This document shows positions 19,195 through 31,697 of a stretch of DNA of 64,000 nucleotides, in pieces. The stretch comes from Heteronotia binoei (Eukaryota): contig NC_083237.1 of assembly GCF_032191835.1 (NCBI RefSeq), forward strand, positions 24,180,001 through 24,244,000, written 5' to 3'. The notes beneath the pieces are model-generated. The model was not told the DNA's origin, searched no databases, and saw nothing but the letters and a program-made list of their open reading frames with translations. A program made the translations under genes and the position numbers. The stretch's first letter is position 1. Every line of letters starts with the position of its first letter.

Positions 19195-20203
19195 TAGTGA
19201 CTTCCAACCTTTTTGGCACCAGGGAGCGGTTTTGTGGAAGACAATTTTTCCATGGACTGGTGGGTGGGGGAGGCAAGGGCGGTGCTGGGGGTTTTGCTGC
19301 CCCCCATGCCCCATCCCTGCCTCACATGGGGGTCTTTAAATGGGAAGAGGGAGACTGGGGCTGTTTCTGCCACCTCCCCACTAAGTGGGCAGGCAGCAGA
19401 AGGCCAATCTGCCTCTCCCTCCCATTTAAAGACCCCCATCGATCAGCTGATTGGGTCCTGGGCGGGCAGAAGGAGCAGTGGGGCTGCTCTACCTCTCTCT
19501 GAGGCTGCCTCCTTGCAGAATTATTTATTACAAAAGAGCACATTGCCTCTTTCTTTATGTTTAAAATTTTATTAAATTTCCATAAGAACAAGAATAAGGG
19601 GGAGGGGAAAAGATGGATACAGAAAGTAAACAATAAATAGACAAACGGAAAAGTAGTACATTCTGCATATCATTATATCATTCACCATGAAAAGGCTGTA
19701 AGATATTTCCATATATTTAAAATAAAATCTCAATTATTGTTATTATGTAAATGTGAGTTCTCGCTTAAACTTATCTAAATTGGATCATATATTCAATATA
19801 TATACACTAGTAAATAGTTGTGTTTCACATCAATAGTCTTAATCAGAAAATCGGCTTCAAGTGTCCAACCAAACGTATAACAGCTCCCAATATTTTCTTG
19901 CTTCTTCCTTAGATTTGCCGCCCAGTAATAAGGAGAGATAGTCCATCTCAACTGTCTCTGATATTTTCCCAATCAGTTCTTGGTTTGTAGGCACTTGCTG
20001 AAGTTTCCAGTTTTGCACAAACAATATTCTAGCTGTTGTATTAAGGTATGCCATTAAATGTTTTGTCTCTTTCGTTGCCTCTTTCATCTATCTGGGTCCC
20101 TGGCAGGCGGAGGCAGTGCAGCACCTCTGCCTCCCTCCGTGGCCCAGTTGCTAGCAGGCCATGGACCCGGACCGGTCCACAGCCTGGTGGTTGGGGAACC
20201 CTG
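19195..20203. mobile_element. hAT (Charlie/MER1-like) non-autonomous element, interrupted by an L1 fragment
   Basis: 8-bp TSD CCCTAGAG at 19187-19194 and 20204-20211; termini ...CCAACCTTTTTGGCACCAGGG and GGTTGGGGAACCCTG. Confidence 0.85.
19554..20074 (-). mobile_element. 5'-truncated L1 3' end (ORF2 C-terminus and 3' UTR)
   Basis: ORF 19857-20087 TARILFVQNWK...KYWELLYVWL resembles the L1 ORF2 end; 11-bp TSD TTGCCTCTTTC at 19543-19553 and 20075-20085. Confidence 0.8.
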
Positions 20204-20836
20204 CCCTAGAGAACCATGCAATGCACCAGGAGTGGCACAGGAAAAATGGCACACTTGAGTGCAGTACATGGCATAAGAAGAGCCTTGTTGGATCAGACTG
20301 ATCTAGTCCAGCCTCTTGTTTTCTACAGTGGCCAGTCTCAATTCTCCCATGTCGCTCCTGCATGACTTCTACTTGTGCTTTTTGCTCCAGTTTGAGTCCG
20401 CAATTGTGGCAGAATATTTTTGCACTTTCACAAAGGAACCTTACTCATCCATTTGGGTTGCCAGCTCTGGGTTGGGAAATGCCTGAAGATTTTGGAGGGG
20501 GGGCAGGACCTCAGCATGGTGCAAGGCCATAGAGTTCACTCTGCAAGCAGCCTTTTCTCCAGGGGAAATGATGATCTTTGTCATCTGGAGATGTAATAGC
20601 TGCCATCCCTACCACTCATTGTCTTTCTGTGGTTCCTCTGTCCTTTTTCAAATCACCTCTAGTCCAGTGTTTCCTGCAGCCATGCAGCCAAAGCATGCTT
20701 GCTTTCTGCAGAGGTATCCTGTGCTTCAAAAGGTGCTGTCCGTTTCTGTTCCATTTTCTCTGCTGTGTTCCCCTACAGCCGTTATACCCTCTCCATTGAC
20801 ACTGGTTTTTTTTTTAAGGTTTGCAATAGCTAGATT

Positions 20837-21132
20837 GGAGCCCCGTGGCGCAGAGTGGTAAAGCTGCAGTACTGCAGTCCAAGCTCTCAGCTCATGACCT
20901 GAGTTCAATCCCGGCAGAAGCTGGATTCAGGCAGACGGCTCAAGGTTGACTCAACCTTCCATTCTTCAGAGGTGAGCAAAATGAATACCCAGCTTGCTAG
21001 GGGGAAAGTGTAGATGACTGCGGAAGGCAATGGCAAACCACCCTGTAAAAATTTTGCCGTGAAAACATTGTGATGCAACGTCACCCCCGAGTCGGAAACG
21101 ACTGGGGCTTGCACAGGCAACTACCTTTTTTT
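20837..21132 (+). mobile_element. Sauria-type tRNA SINE, full length with TSD
   Basis: A and B boxes; 12-bp TSD AATAGCTAGATT at 20825-20836 and 21133-21144. Confidence 0.88.
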
Positions 21133-21837
21133 AATAGCTAGATTTCTGTTACGTTACAGCAGTTTCTCTATTAGGTCCTCTGGATTCCCAGCTTAATTTT
21201 TTTAAAACTTCTAGGCCTTTTCATTGCTGAGACCCACCTTTTCCCTTCTATCTCCACAACAAAAGGGGCTAGAGACCTATTGTTTTCATGAAATCCCTGT
21301 AGCATCTGCATGGAACTGGCAGCCCCAGTAGCAAAGAGAAAACTATAGGGAATTGTTGCTCTGTTGAAAGTATCCTGGTGAAGGTCATCCACAGCATGAC
21401 GAAGGCAGTGCCCGTCCCAAAACCAGGCCTAAACGCAGACTGAAATGGGTGTTGATTATTGGTCTCATCCAGAATAACCTGGACCTGAACTGGCACCACC
21501 TGCTCAGCCATCTTGCCCCCGAAAGGGAATGTGTGTGATTGCTCTGTAGTTATGTAAATCCTCTGGGGGTCCAAGGAAGTCTTCTGTAAGAAGGATTTCA
21601 GCAACATTCCATTAATGGGCCCTTCAATGAGTTAAGCAGTTACTAGCAGCTGACCATACAGTCAAACTTAGGTGGCATCTAGGGTGTCAGGTGCTATGAG
21701 GCACCAAATTGGAAGGAAGGTAATTTATTTTCTTTATCTGAAACAAAACTGATGTTATCTCTTATAAACAAAAGTAGTTCTTTCTATTTTTCTCTATATT
21801 GAAAGGGGAGGGAGGCAAAGTCATTATTGGACTGGTA

Positions 21838-22030
21838 GTGGTGGAAAGGGCCGTGAAGTCACAGCTGACCTACAGTGACCCCTTGTGCGGTTTTCAAGGC
21901 AAGAGACGTTCTGAGGCCTGGCTCTTCATCATGACCTTGGCATTCCTTGAGGCTCTCCCATCTCAATACTAGCCAGGGCCGACCCTGCTTAGCTTTCAAG
22001 ATCTGAAAAGAAAAGGCTAGCCAGGTCAGG
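21838..22030 (-). mobile_element. 5S rRNA-derived SINE, second copy
   Basis: Reverse-complement homologue of 8017-8230 (CTCCCATC..AATACTAGCCAGGGCCGACCCTGCTTAGCTT). Boundaries approximate. Confidence 0.7.
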
Positions 22031-22241
22031 GCTCTCATTTTCCTAGGGTGCCAAAAAACATTTGACCAGCCTTGTCAATAACTGTTCCCTGGACTCAAAC
22101 TTGTCAAATCCTTCTGGTTCACTGGAAGAAAGGGTTGAGCATGGAGTGATAAGCTGCATCTCTCCAAGCAACCTGTCCCCCATCCTCAAAGCTGCAGAAA
22201 CTAAAGGTCATCACAGAATATGTAACTAGCAGAGTTGTTCA

Positions 22242-22255
22242 CCAGCAGAGGGCAC
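22242..22255 (+). promoter_or_regulatory. CTCF-like motif
   Basis: CCAGCAGAGGGCAC matches the CTCF core consensus; motif only, no binding evidence. Confidence 0.35.
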
Positions 22256-22664
22256 CACTTCTCTTTCTTCTGGTCCCAGCTGCTGCTTGTTGTCCCTTCT
22301 TGGCTTTGGACTCAGCTGATTTATGAAAGATCTGCTTTCTCTTGACTTAAACTACATCACCAGTCTTTTGCGAAGATAAAATGAGAGGGGGATCAAGGAA
22401 ATCCGATCTGGGCCTTTAAAATATAAAATGCTATGTGTAACAACTACAGTGTGGAAAATGCCATTCAGTGTTTTAAGCAAAGCAGTAGACAAGTGCACCT
22501 TTAAGACCAACTTGTCTACTGCTTTGTTTTATTGCTTCAGACCAACACGGCTGCCTACTGGGATCTATCTACATGGAGTGTTTTAGGCAGAAAACGATTA
22601 AATGGGATCACAGTGTGAATATCATACTAAATTAAAAAAATAACTGATATATAAATAAATAAAA

Positions 22665-24130
22665 ATAACTATACTTTAATAAAACTACTTATGAATTTCA
22701 CAGATATCATTTGCATAGAAAATTAACGATAACAACCATAGACACAATGTTATATAACCATTTTCAACAGAGTTCGTTCTTGTGTTGTAAGAGCATTTTC
22801 AACACTCTCCAAAGCAACAAGCACTGAGACTTCATGAAGGAAGCACCCATCGATGTAATTCACTTTTATATAAGGAGCACGTCAATAGCTGGCATAACAG
22901 TCTCCAAAGCTACAAGCACTGAGTCCTCATGAAGGAAAATATTTTTGTAATTTTTATATAAAGAGCACACCATTCTTCATTTTTTAGCCAGGAACAAAGC
23001 CTTTTCTTTTATTGCTGGCACCTGTCAGTGGCCTCTCTGAGGGAATGCCTGGGAGGGTAGGCAGACTTGGTTTTGTGGGGGGGGGGGAACAATCTATGAG
23101 CTGCCACGCTGCCCCCTGTGTGGCTGGGCAGGGGAGTGCCGCCCCTTGGCCTGCCCGGGCTGACAGCCTACCCAACCCCACAGGGCTATTGTGTGCAGGG
23201 CACTAAGGGGTGGGCTGATGAAGTGGACTCAGAGTTCTGCGGCTGATGCACTCGCACTCTGAGTTCTGCGGCCCCTGGGGGAGGTGTTCCGTGCACATGG
23301 CAGGGGGCGTCAGGGCAACACAGGAGGGTCTCTGGGTGGGGAGGTATCTGCTGCTGGGCTGCTCACTCCCAGACACACATTCCAGCCGCTGTCTATGACA
23401 GCAAACTCCTGCACTTGGTACTTCCTGCTTGTCTGCGTGCCATTGGCAGAGTCTCTGACAGTGGGAGGGTGTGAGGGGATTGATGGCTTCTCCGTGGTCC
23501 CATGTGGACCTGTCTCGCCCCCACCCCCACCTCGCCACCAAGCCAGACTTCTCGTGCGCACATGCCCAGCCTCACTCCTGTTTCCTCCCCGTGTTGGTGG
23601 GACATCTCTCCTTTGCCTGTGATGGTCTGCCCATCATTGGCTCCGTTCTCTGTTTGGGGGCGGGTTGGGGATGGCTATCAGCCTCTTGGGGCTGCCTCTC
23701 CCCATCCCTGACTGTCATGAGCTGTGGTGCATGCGCCAGGACTGGCCAATGGGAGGGGTGGGCTGGCCCTTCCCTCCGGCTGCCTCTGCCTCCCTTCCCT
23801 GCCTCTGCCAGCGGCATTGCCATGGCGACCGTCTCCCTCACGGCAAGCTACGCCTCTCCCCTCCCCACGCTCCAGCATGCCGAAGTCCTCAGGAAGTCTA
23901 CTAGCGGCGTGGCAGCTAAGCCATGTCTGGCCGCCACTTATGTCTGGATTGGGCTGCCCAACTTCTGATGAAGTTGTAACACAAAATGAGTTCACAACTA
24001 TTATAGCACAAGAATGGACTGTGTTGAAAATGGTTATATAACATTATTTTATGGTTCTTACTATTAATTCTCTATGTAAATGATATTTCTGAAATTCATA
24101 AGTAGTTTCATTAAATAAAGTATAGTAGTT
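22665..24130. repeat. Pair of diverged AT-rich inverted repeats of about 125 bp (22665-22792 / 24000-24130) around a GC-rich repeat
   Basis: Arms align at roughly 80% by eye (e.g. AATGTTATATAACCATTTTCAACA); the interior is homologous in reverse to about 44620-45490. Confidence 0.65.
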
Positions 24131-24279
24131 CATATATCACAACTAGGGCTTTTTTGTAGAAAAAGCCCAGCTGGAACTTATTTGCTTATTAAGCCACCCC
24201 GCTGACACCAAGCCAGCCAGAACTGTGTTCCTGTTCAGAAAAAGACCTCATCACAGTTATTTTTTTTGTATTTAGTATG

Positions 24280-24652
24280 CAATGCAGTGTTTTAAGGCAA
24301 TGCATGTTGGAAACAAAAATGGTTATGTTGATGGGGTTTTAACTGCGACTGAGACTGGAAGGGATCTTGGGGTCATAGTGGACAACTCAATGAAAATATC
24401 GACCCAGTCTGGCGCAGCAGCAAAGAAGTCAAACTCTATGCTGGCGATTTTTAGGAATAAAGTGGCATATATCCTAATGCCCTTGTATAGAGCCTCATAG
24501 AATCACAGAGTTGGAAGGAGCCATAAAGGCCATCTAGTCCAACCCCCTGCTCAAAGCAGGACCACCCTACGGCATCACTGACAAGTGTTTGTCCAGCCAT
24601 TGCTTAAAGGCTGCCAATGAGGGGGAGCTCACCACCTCCCTGATTCCACTGT
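24280..24652. mobile_element. CR1 fragments, left part of the nest: CR1(+) about 24280-24495 and the 3' end of a CR1(-) at 24496-24652
   Basis: GGGATCTTGGGGTCATAGTGGAC RT-end sequence; ATAGAATCACAGAGTTGGAAGG is a reversed CR1 tail; both resume at 42163-42560. Confidence 0.8.
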
Positions 24653-26004
24653 GTTTTTTTTTGAAAACGCAATTTTATTGATAACATATGGTAACCATAT
24701 CCATTAATACCTTCTTTTTATCTATCCCATATGCGATTTTCTAATCCCCCCTCCCCGGTTACTTGACTCCCGCCGAAGTTATATACTTAAAATACTAACA
24801 TTTAAAGGTACCCTTAAACCATAAGAACCTATATTCATATTCTACTTTTTTCTAGTACTTGATCATTATTAAAAAATTGTCCAATATCCTTTTATATTCC
24901 ATTCTTCTTCTACATAACATCTAAACTTTTTCCACTCCTTTTCATACACTTCCAAATCATAGTCTCTTAAGATTCTTGTTAGTTTGTCCATCTCACTCCA
25001 TGTTATAACTTTTACAATCCAATCCCATTTTTCTGGTATTTTTTCTTGCTTCCATAACTGCGCATACAATGTCCTAGCCGCTGAAAGCAAGTACCAGATC
25101 AAAGTTCTATCTTCTTTTGGAAATTTTTCCATTTGTAATCCCAATAAAAAAGTCTCTGCTACTTTCTTGAATTCATATCCCCAAATCCTTGAAATTTCTT
25201 GTTGAATCATCTGCCAATACTTTTTCGCTCTTTCACAAGTCCACCACATATGGTAAAAAGAACCTTCATGTCTTCTACATTTCCAACATCTGTCTGGCAT
25301 CTTTTTATTCATCTTTGCCAATTTTTTAGGGGTCATATACCACCTATACATTATTTTAAAACAATTTTCTTTTATACTCTGACATGTTTCATAATAATAA
25401 TAATAATAATAATAGATTTTATTTATATTCCTCCCTCCCCGCCTAGGCAGGCTCAGGGCGGCTAACAACATATCCATACAATAGTTATACAAACTTTTAA
25501 AATCAACATTAGTCTTAAAATATTGATAATTTCATAGAGTTCTTCCAAAGATACTCCCATGTATCCATCTGTATTTCTTTATTTACATTGATTGCCCACT
25601 TAATCATTTGAGTTTTTACTATCTCATCTTCTGTAGACCATTTTAACAGTAACTTATATATTTTTTTAAATTAATTTTTCATTATCTCCAAGCAGACCTT
25701 TTTCAATTTCTGTTTGCTCACGTCTTATTCCTTCAGTTTTGATATCATTCTCCACCAGGCTTTTTATTTGTTGAATTTGAAACCAATCATATTTTTTTTT
25801 TCACACTTAAATTTTTATTAATTTTTCTAAACAAAATATTCATAGACATTAAACATAATAAACAATAACACAGATAAATACTAAAACAACATAAAGAGTA
25901 CTCTTACAGTCTTCTGTTAATACATATCTAAGCATTTACCATCCATGTTTCAAGTATATTATTTCACAATGTATCCTATCTTTTTTTCCAAATTGAGAAG
26001 AAAT

Positions 26005-29000
26005 TTAGTAGTATGAGAAGGTTATGTATTTTTTTTGAATGCATTTTTCAAATTCATCATCCAAGCTAATATAATTTAAAAACGGGAACCATTTTTCAAT
26101 AAAATTGTTGTCTTTCTGTGGTAAATCATTCACCCTTATCTGTATAGCTAGTTTATCTAATGCTGCTATTTCCCATACTTTGGACATCCATTGTTGTTTA
26201 TTAGGAGACACATCACTCTTCCAATGTTGCGCTATCAAAAGCTTGGCCGCCATGAGTAATAAAGCTGCCAACTCCTTCTTTACTGAAGAAAGTTTTAAAT
26301 TTGGCCAGTAGTTCAGAAGGATTGACTCTGGGGTAAAAGGAATATTACCCTCAACAATATTGTCTACTGTTTTTTTAATCTCCTTCCAAAAATTATTAAT
26401 TTCCGGGCACAGCCACCAGCAATGTAAAAAGGACCCTTCCTGCCTACAGTGTTTCCAGCATTCAGGGTTGGGTTTTATATGTGACAGAAATAGCTTCTTA
26501 GGCGTCAGATACCACCTTGAGAAGAGTTTATAATTCTGAAGTTTTAATTTTAAAGAGTAAGTATTATAGAGAGGGGATTCCCATATAGTCTGCCATTGTT
26601 CTAAAGTAAATGGTATACCACAATCCTTTTCCCAAGCCTTTTGTTGACTAGTAATTTCGGACCAACTTTTAAAATTAAGAAGATTATAAATAGTTGAAGT
26701 TAAAGTTCTAGCCTGTTTGGGACTTCTTTTTAACAGGTTTTCATATGGTGTTAACGGTCTATCTATTATATCTATGATCCTAGGATTGTGTAGGACATAA
26801 TGAAGTTGCTGATATTGAAACCATGGTATATTTATGTTATATTGGGTTTCTAGTTGCGTTTTAGTCAACATTTGTTTGTTTTTAATAATGTCTTGAAACT
26901 GATGTATACCAGCCTCCCTCCAGATTTTAAAATCATATGTACCCTGACCTGGTTTAAACCAGGATTGTCCTAGGAAGCTTGCCATCGGTGAAATAGATGG
27001 TATTAGAGTTTTTTTGTATTTGTCCCATATCTTTAATGTTAGGGTTAAATAAGGATTGTCCTTGGAAATGAAGTGCCTATCATTTGGAGTATTCCAGATG
27101 GCTTCCCACAGTTGGTCCCCTAATAAATAGGATGCTTCAATATTCACCCAAGCTTTATCACAGTCCTTCATTGCATACCATAATATATTTTTTAAGTTAG
27201 CGGCCAAATAGTAAGCCTCTAAATTAGGCAAGCCTAACCCACCCTGTTTTGTTGGTCTAGTCATTAACTTAAATTGAAATCTAGGTTTTTTATGTGACCA
27301 TAAAAATTTAGAAATAAGGTTTTGTTTATCCTTGAATTCTTTAGAAGGGATATAACATGGTAAGTTATAGAATAGGAATAAATATCTAGGAAGTACAAAG
27401 GTTTTAATCATATCTATTTTTTCCAGCAAGGTTAGATTAATTTTACCCCATTGTTCCATGTTTGATTTTATAGAGCTATCAAGAGGCTTATAATTTACAG
27501 AATAAAGGTCTTGTAAATTCAATGGTATCTGAATTCCCAAGTGTCTAAAAGACTTTTGTACCCATTTAAAAGGAAAAGCGTTTGTTAATTTCCGTCTGGA
27601 GGTTGGCAACAGAACTATAGGGTACAATTCAGATTTTGTATAATTTATAGTAAATCCGGATACCACACTGAACTTTTTGATTTGATGGAGTAATGAGCTA
27701 ATTGACTGAAAGGGTTTAGTTAAATAGAAAATTGCATCGTCCGCAAAAAGACTTAATTTATGTTCCTCTTCTCCTACTTGAATACCACTGATTAATTTAT
27801 CGTTTCTTATAGCAAACGCTAATGGTTCTATTGAGAGGGCAAATAAGTTGGGGGATAAGGGGCAACCCTGTCTTGTGCCTCTATGTAGATTAAAATCCTC
27901 TGATCTATAGTTATTAATATAGATTTGTGCTTTTGGTTTAGCATACAGGGATTCAATAGAGGTCATGAATTTTGGTCCAAAGCCCATATGTTGTAATAGA
28001 GTAAGTAGATATGGGACCTCCACTTTGTCAAAGGCCTTTTCCGCATCGATGGCCAACAGAACTGATTCCACTTTTTTTTGCTTTCCTACAAAGATTAAAT
28101 CTAAAGTTTTACGGAAATTGTCTGTAAGAGTTCTAGTGGGAATAAAACCCGATTGGTCACTATGAATGTAGTATGCAATTATTTTATTTAATCTGTTAGC
28201 CATTACAGCTGAGAATATTTTAAAGTCATTATTTAAGACAGAAATGGGTCTATAGGAAGCAGGGTATTGTTTATCCTTCCCTGGTTTGGGTATCACTGTG
28301 ATTCTAGCTTCTGTCCATGTAGTAGGTATAGTTCCATTAACCATTACTGAATTACAAGTTTGTACTAAGGGAGCTAATAACACAGATTTGAATTTCTTAT
28401 AGAATTCAATGGGTATACCATCTCTACCTGGTGCCTTATTGTTTTTGATGTGCTTTAAAGTTTAATCCAGCTCAAATTGTGTTATTTCTTGCTCTAGAAA
28501 TGAAAGATGTTCAGGTGTTATTTTGACATTGTAGTTTATAGCATTAAGGTATTCTTTAATGTTGGCTCGATCCGGTTCCTCTGATTTATACAGCTGTTGG
28601 TAATAATTATAAAAAATCTGAATTATCTCTTTAGATTTATTAACAAGTTGTCCTTGAGGATTACGCATATTATAAATAAGATGAGATACCTTTTTTTGGA
28701 TGGTCCTCTGCCTAAGTAACCTAATGAACCTTGGTGTTTTAGTAAAATATTTCTGATTGAGTATCATTAAATTTTTTTGTATTTGAGAAGTCTCTAATAG
28801 TTCTAGTTTTCTACGCTCCTGCTCTAGCTTTCTTAACAATTTTTTACCTCCTTTTTTAGCATATTGTAGTTCCAACTGCCTGATATTACTGGTTATTTCA
28901 GATAGTAGTGCTTGTCTCTCTTTTTTATAGGTGGATGCGATTGCTATTAACTGCCCTCTTATAACAGCTTTGAATGCGTCCCATGTCTCCTGCGATACAT

Positions 29001-29835
29001 CGTTGGTTGAATTAAATTTAAAGTATTCCTGTATTGAAGCTGTTATTTTTTCACATATCCCTTCATCTTGCAATAACAATTTATTCAATTTCCAATGATA
29101 TCCTTGCGTGTCATCATTTTGAGTGGAAAGTGTACATGTTACCCACGAATGGTCTGAGATTATGCGGGGGCCAATGTCTGCCTCTTGTATCTGATTGGCT
29201 AGCCTTTTAGTTATAAGAAGATAGTCAATTCTGGTATGAATTTTATGTAAACTAGAATAGTAAGTGTATTGTTTAACTTCCGGGTTCAATAAACGCCATA
29301 TGTCTACCAAATTAAATGACTCAATCATATTTGATAATTCAGTGCTTTTTGTTGCTTTTTTTCCTGTTTTGTGTGTTTTGTCCATTGTAGGGTCCATTAT
29401 ATAATTTAGATCTGCCCCAATAATGGTTTCACCAATTTGAAATTCTGCTAGGAGATTAAGAGTGGCCTTTATGAATTTTTTCTTGTTTACGTTTGGGGCA
29501 TATAGGGATGCTACTGTAAGTGGCTGACCTTCTATTTCCCCTCTGACAAAAATATAATGACCCTTAGGATCCGACTTTATTTTTTGGCAATGAAAAGGTA
29601 CTGATTTTGAGAACAGAATTGCTACACCTCTGGATTTTGAAGTCCCTGCAGCCAAATAACTTTGAGTAAACCAATTGGAGGATAACAGTTTTTCATTAGC
29701 ATTTTTTAGATGTGTCTCCTGAAGACATACAATGTTTGCCTTTTCCTTTTGCATAGAGTTAAGAAGCCTTTTGCGTTTTACAATGTTATTAAGACCTCTA
29801 CAGTTCCAACTAAGAAGTTTGTACATATGTGCCAT
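26005..29835 (-). pseudogene. L1 ORF2 (APE endonuclease, RT, C-terminal Cys region) with one in-frame TAA at 28462-28464
   Basis: SWNCRGLN, CLQETH, RIDY, SDH; then KAPGRDG, YRPISVLN, DAEKAFD, GTRQGCPLSP, FADD; both ORF halves are in the same frame. Confidence 0.95.
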
Positions 29836-31697
29836 CTTTAATGTGGCTTAAGAGTACTCAACTGTATTATAACCTAACACAACTTAACACGAAAACTTCA
29901 AACGTGGTTCCCCTAAATAGGGATACTTCTCAGAATTCCTTCCCTATATAAAGGGGAGAGAAAGGAAGCTAGTAAAAAACTTCCTTGTCTGAAAAGAATA
30001 TCTCACCTAACCTAACCTACCCTACCCTACAGGGGGGCTTATTTCAAGCAATTTAATTTAGTTATGTATATAAAAAACAAATAAACCAGTTGCTTTGTTA
30101 AGTCCTCTACCTTCCCTTGCTCTTACAGAAGTATTATTACTGCCTATGTCAACCTTCTAAGAATTTTAAGAATTTTGTAAAACTTTCATAAATTTTCCAA
30201 TAACCTCTTAAATATACCAATACTATATAAGACCCTATAAAACATTTTAATAAAACCTACACATTTACATTACATTTAATGTCCTTTAAACCTTATATGC
30301 ATATTTAAACTTTCGTTCCCACCTACATCTATAATTATATTTAGCAACTGTAATACTTGAATAACAATAATCTATCATACCTATATTTTCCTTTCTATAC
30401 ATTCTGCCTTTACTTATATTTCCATGCATGTTTTTATTCTTAATGATATAAACACCAACCTTCCCATCGAAATTCAATTAACTAATCAATTACGTATCTT
30501 TCCATAGAAAGGGACTGATGGAAAGCAATAAGAGATAAAATAAATAAATAAATAAATAGGTATCAAAAATATCAAAGATCAAGTCCATAGGCCAAATAAA
30601 GTAAAAATGAAAATATGAAACAGAAAGAGTTAGGGGAGAGAATAAACATAATTCATCATTAATTTGTGATAATTCATTCCAATTTAGCACAAAGTATTTA
30701 ATTACCTACTTAATTCATTTCTAATTTGAATATATCTAAAACACTTTAGTCAGATAATTATAATGTCCAATAACTCCATATAATATCTGTACCAGTTATC
30801 CTTATGAGTTTTATGCGTCTTTATATGGATCTATTTCTATAAATATTCACACCACCCAGCCCTCTCATTGCACTAGGCAGCTTCATATGTTCATATGTTC
30901 ACTCTTATTTATTATTATCCATTCACATATGCCTTTAGAGAGGGTTGGCTGAGAGAGAAGGAAGAAAAAAGAAAGGGGAGGGGGAAGGAGTTAAAAAAGG
31001 AGGGAGGGAAAGGGAGAAACCTATGTAAAAGAAATGAGGCGTGAAAAGGAAATAAAAAAGGGGGGAGAAATGGGGAGGGGGATAAAACCTTTTATCATTA
31101 ATTTATATCAATTCATTTCTTTTTTAGTTTAATTTTGTAGTTATCCAATTAATTCATTACTGGTTTATACACCCACACACCATATATGTATATACACCCA
31201 CACACGATATATGTATATACACACACACACACCCATATATATATACACACACATACACATTCATACTCCTACACATACATATATACATCCACACACATCA
31301 GGCACTTAAACTAGTCGGATATTTATACTATAAGATATCTTCATTTTTAACATCATCATATCTTTAACAGTTGCTTCTATGAGTTGTAGTATGTCACCCT
31401 ATAAGTAAAATAATAATAATAATAAAATAAAAATAAAAACATGAGAAGGAAAGCTTCTTCTTATGTATCTTCCCATCCTATACACTCTGTTCATTTCATT
31501 AGTGTTCCAGCTGCAGAAGTATCATCATCAGTAGAAGTTTTTTTTTTTCCCCCAAAGTCTAATATTATTGAAAGTCATATCTAAAGTCTGTAGGTGGTAA
31601 CATAAAATACTTTAAACAAAATATATAGCCATGTTGCAGACATCACATTAAGTACAGTCTCATTGTTATTAAAAGAAAGTTGTCAGTGTTTCACTTC

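Noticed and set aside
22225-22330. Possible minus-strand terminal exon ESKAKKGQQAAAGTRRKRSGALCW*
   Set aside because: Weak acceptor, no recognisable family, no linked exons.
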